Shown here piece after piece: positions 37,023 to 46,878 of a stretch of 64,000 nt of DNA; the first letter of the stretch is position 1; the number at the start of each line of letters is the position of its first letter. Source of the DNA: Mustelus asterias (taxonomy: Eukaryota); contig NC_135826.1 in assembly GCF_964213995.1 (NCBI RefSeq), forward strand, positions 36,022,001-36,086,000, written 5' to 3'. The position numbers were made by a program, and so were the translations under genes. The notes below the pieces were generated by a model. The model worked only from the letters and a program-made list of their open reading frames with translations, was not told the DNA's origin and made no database searches.

Positions 37023-39639
37023 GAATGGAGAGCTGGCAAAACGGTTCCCCATGTAATTTTCTGGCATGCCTGAAACCAATTGGTAGGAACCATGCCAGGC
37101 AGATAACTGACCTCTCAAAGAGAGAAGATGGGTAGGGCAGTGGAAGAGAAAATGAAGTAGCTGAGAGTGAGCATTCTGAGGGAGTGTAGGCGAATTTTCG
37201 GATTTTAGGGGCAGTGGAACAGAGGCTGAGGAAGGGCCATCAGTGCAAATTGGGCTACGTGCAGATAGGTAGTTACGTAGCCAGGAGTTGAGTTGGGGAT
37301 AGTTGAGCATGTCCCATACAGGAAACAAGCCTAAAGGGTGCAGGGAAAAAGAGTGTGGAACAAAAGTGCCGATTTGATGAGTGATACAAGATCAAAGTGG
37401 AGGAGTCAAATGTGTGGAGAGGTAGAGCCAGATGTTATCAGCATACTTGTGAAAGCTGTCATAGAATCAATACAATACAGAAGAAGGCCATTCAGCCTAC
37501 TGAGTCCATTCTGGCTCTCTCTATACAGCAATCCAGTGAGTCTCATTCTCCTGCTGCATCCCTGTAGCCCTGCCAGTTTATTTCACTCAAGTTCCCTTTT
37601 GAACTGACTGACTCTCCATTTTCACCACCCACGTAGGCAGCAAGTTCCAGATCATTAGCATTTACTGCTTAGAAACATTTTTCCTCATATTTCCCCCTGC
37701 ATTATTTGCTCAAAACTTTAAGGGCAGAATTTCCCTGTCCCACCTGCATTACGCGAGCAGGAAAATCCCAACCTAAATCTGTGTTACCAGTTCCTTGTAC
37801 CATCAGCAAATGGGAACAGTTTTATTTTCATTAGGCACAAGCTGTTTCTGTAACTTCAAATGTTGGCCAATCATAATATGGTCCTGCTTATGGAGGACTG
37901 AAAGTCCTACTCTCCCACACTCTTCCCTTTGGCATTCTCTCTTTAGGGAAATTGCAGGTCAAACTCTCTTCGGTCAAGAAGGTCAGCACAATGGAGCCCA
38001 TAAAATACGTGCAAAGAAGCTAAGGCAAACATGAGGTAATGCTTGCAAACAAAAAGAATGGCAAAGACTTTCTCTCTCAGGTGATTTACTGAGCTGATAT
38101 TATTAATAGCTAACCGGACATACCCAGTTTATCATGGTGAGGCCTCCTGCATGGACAGAACCTGATGTCCCCAAATCTGTTCAAAATGCTGAGGGAATTT
38201 GCATATATTTTCGAGCCCCATCTCACAAAAAAGACCCAAACCCTGGATTTGGTGCACGGTGGTCTTGACCTGACTTTGTAACCTCACCGACTATATGTGT
38301 GATGTGCTGCCGGTGAGACTGAGGGTGCGGGATCCAGTATAATCAGGGCTTCAATGTCTAAACTGAAGAGTGGCTACTTGGACATAATACCTGGGACCAA
38401 TTGACCTTGTTGACCTGTATCCAAACAAAAAGTCAATACCTTCAGAACAGCAAATTTATGTTTTAAAAAAGCCAACTTGGCAACTTCACTCACGAGTACT
38501 CAACGAGTACATTCAAGTGAAATCCAACATATCATACTGCAGGGCTAATGCTTCAGGTTTGAGCAGATTAGAGTTTAACAAATTGGAGTGCCTCCTAGTG
38601 ACCGTACATGAAGGAGGTCTCTTCCTAATTCTCTCACTCAGCTGCTGTTTACATTCCAATTGCGCTCTGCCCTGTCCCAACCTCATGATAACTGGATTGC
38701 GACTGCACCCTGGAGCTGGCAAAATAGTAACATACAGTACGACACAATCACACATAATTTCTAGGTGAGCACAGCATTAACCTTCGGATTTGTTCTGGTA
38801 TCGGCAAAGAAGCTTAACAGTGTCCAGCAATTTGGTGCACGAATAATTTTAGAATTGAATTAAATTGGTTACAATATAATTTCTTTTGAATGTCCAATTG
38901 CATACACTTTTAGACAGAAAATGGCTTGTCATGCATTCACAGGATTAGTTAGTTACCTGTTTAATTGGAATTGTGTTTCCTTCTCCGTCTGTTGTAACTT
39001 ATGTTGATTGGTCACTTTTGCTTTGTCCTTGTTGCATGGGGCGCCCCCCTCCCGATGTCTTTTGATGTTTTCGGTTCTCTGTCAGCTGCACTCGAGTCCG
39101 GGGAGAGCTTCAATCTCTGAGGAGCGTTACAAAGAACAGGCAACAGTGAGGCTGCTCACTGGGTTAATCTAATTCGGTCATGGCAGTCTTAAGAACGAGG
39201 ATTAATGGGGGTTACTTTTCTTTTTTCTATCTGGCCTGGTTATTCTTAACAGGATTTCAAGAATTACTGCCTGAAATGAAATGACACAATTTATTAAAAT
39301 GTGTCATTAGTGCAATCACTTCTTCTAACAGAATGTAGACAAGCATCTTACAATCACCTGCCAGTTCTGCTGTAATCTATCATGCAAAGCTCCTAAAGCC
39401 ACTTCTCGCACGACATACCTACTTACATTAATATTTAGATTTGACATGGAGGGAGAGAGTAGTCTCTCAGGGGCAGATTGAGACAAAATGTAGAGAATCG
39501 GCAGCCAATTTTTCAGCGCTAGCGTTTTTTAAATTTTCCATTGACTTAGAAATTATTGCCAAGATTCTTAATTTTAAACCAAATAAAAGCGACTGTGACG
39601 AGGAAACAGATTTCCAAAAAAACCTCAAAAAATTATTGT

Positions 39640-40003
39640 TCTATGAACCAAAGAATCCCCACAGTGCAGAAGGAGACCATCTGGCCCATCAAATCTACAC
39701 CAACTCTTTGAAAGTGAATCTTACCCAGGCCCACGCCCCATCCTCACCCTATCCCCATAGCCCTGCACATTTCCCATGGTTAATCCACCTAACCTACACA
39801 TATTTGGACACTAAGGGGCAATGTAGCTTGGTCAATCCACTTAATCTGCACATCATTGGACTGTGGGAGGAAACCGGAGCACCCGGAGGAAACCCATGCA
39901 GACACTGGGAGAACGTGCAAACTCTACACAGACAGTGACCCAAGGCCGGAATCGAACCCGGACCCCCGGCGCTTTGAGGCAGCAGTGCTAACCACTGTGC
40001 TGC
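39640..40003 (-). mobile_element. SINE type A
   Basis: Same consensus motifs on the reverse strand. Confidence 0.85.
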
Positions 40004-40839
40004 CTTGGCTGAAAGAGTCAAAAATCAGCATCACTACGAATCTGTTTCGCTTTGCTAGTGTAGGTCCATCTTATCCAAGAGGTGTGTATTAAGGAGGGTA
40101 TTCAAAGGAGAAGCAGTTGGAGAGGTTCTGCAAAGGAATTTCAAGGCAATCGGGCTGAGATGACTGAAGGCACGCTCAACAATTGTGGGGCAAAGTGAAT
40201 ATGGGATGCATAAAAGGCAGGAGCTGGAGGATCCCCACTTCACTCACAAAGGTGTGCTTGTTAATGGGTGCTTCAATCTTCCAATTTTCACACTGCAGTG
40301 TGTATATGTAATACCCAACTAAATCATGTGTATGTCTGGCCAATTTATAACACACCTGTGAAACCTTGAGATAGTTGACTTTGTTAAAGCTGCTATATAA
40401 ATGCAAGTTGTTGCTGTTCTCCACTTTTGCCACTGTGTTGTGGTTTGTAAACCCAGCTATGCTTGCCCTGCCTCCCACCACTATTCCCCTCACCCCATTC
40501 TTGAAGTTGCTGTCCTGGTTTCTCTGGGGCAAACCTTTGCATCAGACAGATTGAGTCCACCATCTCTAAGGCTGTGTGACCAGCAAAAGCTTCAGGCTGA
40601 CTCTGCAGCTTATGTGGAACCCACCTGGACCCCAGAAGCAGGATTTTTACTTAGTCAGGTTGTCATTACTGTAACAGGAGATAATCCAGATAAATATATG
40701 CCAGCACTTAGTGGGAGCAGGTCATTAAAGGGGTGGCGGGAGGGGAGGAGAAGAAACCTGTCACTGGATAGATTAAAAACCTGCTTGGAGAGGAAGCAGT
40801 TAGGTGAATTTCTTTGCAGCATATGTCAGCATGCTAATA

Positions 40840-41446
40840 CAGTAAGAAGTTTAACAACACCAGGTTAAAGTCCAACAGGTTTATTTGGTAGCAAAAGCCA
40901 CACAAGCTTTCGAGGCTCTGAGCCCCTTCTTCAGGTGAGTGGGAATTCTGTTCACAAACAGAACTTATAAGACACAGACTCAATTTACATGAATAATGGT
41001 TGGAATGCGAATACTTACAACTAATCCAGTCTGGAGACTGTCTGGACCCCCGGCGTACCTGGGGTACCTGGACGAGCACTCAGAGCCTGCGCGGACCAAT
41101 TGTCGGGGGTATTCGCAGACATCTTTAACATAGCTTTACATTGTCTGGAGACAATACACATCTTTTTAGCCTGTCTTGATGCTCTCTCCACTCCCATTGT
41201 TTTGTTTCTTAAAGACTGGATTAGTTGTAAGTATTCGCATTCCAACCATTATTCATGTAAATTGAGTCTGTGTCTTATAAGTTCTGTTTGTGAACAGAAT
41301 TCCCACTCACCTGAAGAAGGGGCTCAGAGCCTCGAAAGCTTGTGTGGCTTTTGCTACCAAATAAACCTGTTGGACTTTAACCTGGTGTTGTTAAACTTCT
41401 TACTGTGTTTACCCCAGTCCAACGCCGGCATCTCCACATCATGACT
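40840..41446. mobile_element. Fold-back Penelope-like insertion with captured local DNA
   Basis: About 194-bp inverted arms 40839-41032 and 41213-41406; TSD AGCATGCTAATA at 40828-40839 and 41447-41458; hammerhead motifs at 40901-40937 (-) and 41308-41344 (+). Confidence 0.88.
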
Positions 41447-41739
41447 AGCATGCTAATATCCAGGGAATACTCACCTAGCTTACTTGTGTTTCTGCAAAGT
41501 CAGGTTTAGACAGGACAGCATCACTTCCAGGTACCCAGTGACTTAACGCCAACTGCATTACAAGTGTCAGAAGTTCCAGGCAGGTCCCCGTAGCCAAAAG
41601 ACCAAAGTATAGAATTCATGTTTTCTCAGAGGCTAACACACAGGTGCTAATAGAATGGATCAGACTTGCAGGAAATGGTGACTGGGTATTCATGGAAGGA
41701 AACAGTGAAAGGAGTTAGAATAGCCATGTGTGGGGAGCT

Positions 41740-42411
41740 TTCGGTAGCTACATGTCTCATATTCAAGATTTTCAGACCAGTGTCAGGAGTTAACCCAATG
41801 ACCCTGACCTATACAAGAAATCCAGATATGATCTACGGAGATCCTTCAAAGATGCCAAAAGACAGCACCGGACCAAGCGAGAGTCCCAGGGTAGCCACAC
41901 AGACTCCCACCAACTATGGCAAGATCTGCAAGACACAACAGGCTACAAGATGAAGGCATGTAAAATTGCCCCTCCCCAATGAGCTCAACACATTCTTTGC
42001 CCATTTTGAGAAAGAGGTCAGCGAGAGCACGCACTCCACCCCGAAATCCTCGGACGAACCTCTATCCGAGGTCACCATCGCAGACATCAGAGCAACCTTC
42101 TCGAAAGTCAACCCATGGAAAGTGACTGGCTGGATGGGGTACCTGGACGAGCACTCAGAGCCTGCGCGGACCAATTGTCGGGGGTATTCGCAGACATCTT
42201 TAACATAGCTTTACATCAATGTGAGGTTCCTATCTGCTTCAAGAAGACAACCATTATCCTGGTACCAAAGAAAAGCCAGGCAGTGTGCTTTAGTGACTAT
42301 CATCTAGTGGCTCTGACATCCATTATTACGAAAGGGTTATAAAGGTTAGTCATGGTACAAATCAATTCCGGGTTACCAGATTGCCTGGATCCACTACAGT
42401 TCACCTATCGC
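41740..42411 (+). mobile_element. Rex1/Babar-like LINE RT fragment
   Basis: LPNELNTFFAHFE; DGVPGRALRACADQLSGVFADIFN...VPICFKKTTIILVPKK...DYHLVALTSII. Confidence 0.8.
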
Positions 42412-42942
42412 CGCACAGTGGTTAGCACAGCTGCCTCACAGAGCCTGGGACCGGGATTGGATTCCTGGCTTGGGTCACTGTCTGTGTGAAGTCTGCACAT
42501 TCTCCCCGTGTCTGCGTGGGTTTCCTCCGGGTGCTCCAGTTTCCTCCCACAGTCCGAAAGACGTGCTGGTTAGGCCTCTTTTAGGGCAAACCAAATAAAC
42601 CAACTCAAATTAACTCAGGGATAAAGTAAAAGGGGCAGCTCCCCAAAAGGAAGGGGAACAGCCCGAAAGGAACAGAAGTGCAAAGGAAACTTAAAACATC
42701 AAATCGTAATGTGATTATCGGGGTCTATAACGCACCCCAGCCCCTGCGGTGCCCAAGGGGCGCGGAAGGTGTCAACTGCGCCCGTGGAATGGGCTGGTTA
42801 AGGTGCATGGGCCATGCTAAATTCTCCCTCAGTGTACCCGAACAGGCCCTGGAGTGTGGCAACTTGGGGGTTTTCACAGTAACTTCATTGCAGTGTTAAT
42901 GTAAACCTACTTGTGACAATAATAAATAAACTTTAAACTTTA
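42412..42942 (+). mobile_element. SINE type B containing a Tx1 insertion
   Basis: Head 42412-42574, tail 42793-42942 ending aataataaataaactttaaacttt. Confidence 0.85.
42575..42792 (-). mobile_element. Tx1-clade (L1-like) retrotransposon 3' end inserted in a SINE
   Basis: Minus strand reads STGAVDTFRAPWAPQGLGCVIDPDNHITI* (Tx1 ORF2 C-terminus-like); imperfect TSD GCTGGTTA(A)GG at 42565 and 42793. Confidence 0.7.
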
Positions 42943-42969
42943 GTGACTTTAGAGCCCTGCTGCTCATTG

Positions 42970-43200
42970 CACTCTGATTGGTTAGCAACTCATGCTAACA
43001 ATCTGATTGGGCAATGGCCAGTGGTCATCTGTTGCGTTATTGGTCAATTCACCGGGTGGTCCGCCTCTTTCTCTCTCCTGATTGGTGGAGGCCGTGCCCA
43101 GTTCTGTGTTCTGATTGGTGGAGGGTGTGATTGACAGTGGGGAAAGAGCGCGCTGATTGGTGGTTGTGGGGCGGCTGCCGGTGCGGCGGGAAGGCCCGGT
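42970..43200 (+). promoter_or_regulatory. POLE4 promoter with six reverse CCAAT (NF-Y) boxes
   Basis: ATTGG at 42977, 43006, 43039, 43081, 43114 and 43156, five of them as CTGATTGG. Confidence 0.75.
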
Positions 43201-43201
43201 G

Positions 43202-43408
43202 ATGGAGGAGATGGAGAGCGGCGCGACGGCGGCAGCGGAGCCGGGGCAGAGCCTGCAGCTGGAGGCCGAGGCCGAGAGGCCGGGCTCGGCCCCGCTGCAG
43301 CACAAGCTGCTCCGGCTGCCGCTCAGCCGCATCAAGGGGCTGATGAAGGCCGATCCTGACGTGTCGCTGGCGAGTCAGGAGGCCGTGTTCGCCATCGGCA
43401 AAGCCACG
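43202..43408 (+). CDS. POLE4: DNA polymerase epsilon subunit 4 (histone fold), exon 1
   Basis: MEEMESG...RLPLSRIKGLMKADPDVSLASQEAVFAIGKAT then GTGAGA donor; 207 nt; CpG island. Confidence 0.92.
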
Positions 43409-43527
43409 GTGAGAGAGAGTGAGCGGCCCCCGGGAGGCGGGCCCAGGCTGTCAGTGTGGCCGCTGGGCCCGCCTGTACTCCAGTCACCGCCGCCATCCTG
43501 GTCCCTGCCCAGCGCTGCTCTCCTTAT

Positions 43528-44322
43528 TACAGATATATTGACCCAGAAGAGGGGTGCAGAGTATATTTGCCCCAAGGAGGGGGGGGGGGTGCAGAGTATA
43601 TTTGCCCCAAGGAGGGGGGGGGGGTTGCAGAGTATATTTGCCCCAAGGAGGGGGGGGGGGGGGGTGCAGAGTATATTTGCCCCAAGGAGGGGGGGTGCAG
43701 AGTATATTTGCCCCAAGGAGGGGGGGTGCAGAGTATATTTGCCCCAAGGAGGGGGGGTGCAGAGTATATTTGCCCCAAGGAGGGGGGGGGGGGTGCAGAG
43801 TATATTTGCCCCAAGGAGGGGGGGGGGGGTGCAGAGTATATTTGCCCCAAGGAGGGGGGGTGCAGAGTATATTTGCCCCAAGGAGGAGGGGGTGGGGGTG
43901 CAGAGTACATTTGCCCCAAGGAGGAGGGGGTGGGGGTGCAGAGTACATTTGCCCCAAGGAGGGGGGGTGCAGAGTACATTTGCCCCAAGGAGGATGGGGG
44001 GGTGCAGAGTACATTTGCCCCAAGGAGGGGTGGGGGGGTGCAGAGTACATTTGCCCCAAGGAGGATGGGGGGGTGCAGAGTACATTTGCCCCAAGGAGGG
44101 GTGGGGGGTGCAGAGTACATTTGCCCCCGGGGGCGGGGGGGGGGTGCAGAGTACAATTGCCCCAAGGGGGGGGGTGCAGAGTACAATTGTCCCAAGGAGG
44201 GGGGGGGGGGGGGGCGGTGCAGAGTACATTTGCCCCAAGGAGGGGGGGGGGTGCAGAGTACATTTGCCCCAAGGAGGGGGGTGCAGGGTACCTTTGCCCC
44301 AAGGTGGGGGGTGCAGGGTACA
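43528..44322. repeat. G-rich minisatellite in POLE4 intron 1, about 23 copies
   Basis: Unit (G)nTGCAGAGTA(T/C)ATTTGCCCCAAGGA of about 30-43 bp with variable G tracts; it explains the six overlapping Pro/Gly ORFs. Confidence 0.95.
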
Positions 44323-44325
44323 TAG

Positions 44326-44476
44326 AATCACGAGCTTTCGGAACACTGCTCCTTCATCAGATGAGTGTTGGCCTGATGAAGGAGCAGCATTCTGAAAGCT
44401 TGGGATTCCAAATAAACCTGGTGTTGTGAGACTTCTGACCGTGCCCACCCCAGTCCGACGCTGGCATATCCACATC
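44326..44476. mobile_element. Penelope-like terminal-repeat fragment with back-to-back hammerhead motifs
   Basis: Minus CAT-CTGATGA-AGGAGCAGTGTTCC-GAAA-GCTC-GTG (44329-44363); plus CTGATGA...GAAAGCTT (44373-44401); same cccagtccgacgctggcatatccacatc end as the other copies. Confidence 0.7.
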
Positions 44477-44879
44477 AGAAGATAAAGGCTAACTACTGCA
44501 TAAATTCCCACTATAAGACAAGGGACCAAGTGCTGGAAAGTGGGATTGGAATAGGTAGGTGCCTGGTGGCTGGTAGAGACACGAAGGGCCTCTTTCTGTG
44601 CTCTAAAAGTCTGACTCTGTGAAAAGCTAAAGAAAATAGAACATCTTAAGGTACTTCACCGCAGTATAATTACACTAGAAGTTGACAGGGTACCAAAGAG
44701 GAAGTATTGGGACAGTAACCATAGGCTTGGTCAGAAAGTAGGTTTTAAGAAGAGTCGAGAGAGGTTTGAGAAGGGAATTTGAGTTGAAGCCTAAGAAAGC
44801 TAAAGTCACGGCTGCCAATGGTGAGATGAAGAAGTGGGATCAATCACAATTTATTTAGTACAAGCAACTCCAAATATCA

Positions 44880-46878
44880 TGTTCATCCTTTGAGGCTACT
44901 ATGGGACAATTGAATTTTGGATGAGTTGTTGCTTGGGGTTTCTTCTCATGTGCTATTGTGGACCTGTTGAATCTTTGTGATCAATTTCCTTGGGCAGCCG
45001 AATGTTTCCATTACTTTCCAAAAGACCTTGGAATTGAATCTAAACGGCATTGGTCAGATCAAAAAAAAGTGTTGTCGAGATCCATGTTCTGTTCATGGCA
45101 TTTCTCCTGCACTGTCTAACTGCAAACAGCATTTCAGTGGTTTCTGAAACCACACTGACTCTCGCAGCAGCTTAGCTCCTGGTTGAGATGGAGCACTAAG
45201 TGGTTCAAAAGGATTCTGGCAAAGGTTTTGCTGGTGATGGAAGGAAATGAGATTCCTCTCTGTTGGAAGATTGAGATCCTTTCTGCTTGTTCAGGTGGAC
45301 AATGCTCGCACATATTCTGAAAGAATTCAGTGAGCTACCGTACCAGGTATTGATCTGCCTTATAGTCCTCAGCTGGGATAGCATGAGCTCCTGGAGCTTT
45401 GCCCTAGACAGGAGTTTGATGGCATTCATCATTTCTAACGGTGTGGAGAGCAGTGGATGACAACCTGTTGATTGCTTCTTCATTGATGGATGAAGGCTGA
45501 TTGAGGTTGTGGTTAAATTGCTCTGCCCATCTTTCTAGAATTTGAGCTATTTCTGCGAGCAGTGTTGACCCATCAGCACTGAGGATTGGTGTTGAATCAG
45601 TGGACTGGCTGGGGCCCATAGACAGATTTCAGAACATTGTCAAATCTCTTCCAGTCTTTGTGGTTTGTATATGACTGAAGTTCATCTGCTTTCTGATTCA
45701 ACCAAGTGTCTTGGATCTCTGAGTTTGCATTTGACCGACCCAGCAAATGTTTTGGTAGGCATTGTGCTTAGGTAGTGATAACTTGTCATTAAGGTAAATC
45801 GTCTAGAGGCGATGTTTCTCCTCCAGTAGTTTCTGGATTACCTCATTGTTTTCATCGAACCAATCTTGATGCTTATGAGAGGTTGGGCCAAAGGCCACTC
45901 GAAGGTGGAATACATTGAGGCAAATTTTCCACGTGGATCGTAGTGGGTGAGGGGCGGGCCATGGAAAGGTCCGTTGACCTCGAGCAGGATTTTCTGGTTT
46001 CGGGGCGAGTGTGGCTGGAAAATCCAGCCCTATATCTTTGAGGGGTCATTCGTCGTCCTCAATGCAGAGAGTGCCTATTTTCACTGTACAGGGAGACTCT
46101 CCAGCTTCTCTGGGAGAGATTTCATCATTACCGTCTATTTGAGTCTTGAGGCATTTCTCAACTTCGTGCCTTAAAGGTGTCTAGAGGGATAGATCTTGAT
46201 GTTTAGCCATGAAATGATATGACTGGTCAGTCCAGCAGTCAGTGCTTTTGTTACAAGTTTATCCTACCTATTCTTCTGATTGATGATGACAGTCAATTAG
46301 CTACCAATGTATAGAGCAGGGGTGCATTCAAGATACCTTGTGATTAGGGAGGTGGAAAACTGTAGTGGTGATTTAAGAGCTCATGCTCAGCATGCATCTT
46401 CAGTAAGAGGAGACCAGTGCTGTTAGAACGGCCAATCCCATTTCTCCCAATTATCCCTTCCCACGGCTGATGATCTGCACCAATTCTTGTCTTGAAGTCA
46501 CCAAGAACAATTAGCTTGGCTGACTTTGGTACTGTAGAAATCAAGAAGTTGAGGTCATCTGAGAGCTTATCCTCTACTTAATCAGGATTGGTCATTGTAG
46601 GGTTGTATATACAGAGAGCTTGTCTGTTGCTGTGAAGGGTGGGTTTAAGCAGCATCAGATGATCATTAATACCCTTGGGAAGGCAAGTCAACTTATGGAT
46701 GAGATGATTAATGAGGCAAAGCCTACACCAGCTTCATGCAGTTATTCTTTTCTATGGCCATTCCAAAAGAATGTGTAACTTGCACAGATTTCCTTGAGCT
46801 GGCGAGTTCTGTGAGGATGGCGATCTGTACATTGTACCTAGCCAGCTCTCTACAGACAAGAGCAGTTCTTCTCAGGTC
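44880..46878 (-). mobile_element. Degenerate RTE/BovB-like LINE, split by the CR1 and continuing at 50582-50720
   Basis: Fragments RRTALVCRELARYNVQIA, LIVLGDF.TRIGADH..WEGIIGRNG and ILERWAEQFN; RTLMDSTQINR lies on the far side of the CR1. Confidence 0.75.

Noticed and set aside
43528-44322. CRISPR-like repeat-spacer appearance
   Set aside because: The spacers are only variable G runs, the context is eukaryotic and there are no cas genes.
43157-44529. Six long overlapping ORFs (222-412 aa)
   Set aside because: They arise from the stop-free minisatellite; only 43202-43408 is coding (POLE4 exon 1, closed by a GT donor).
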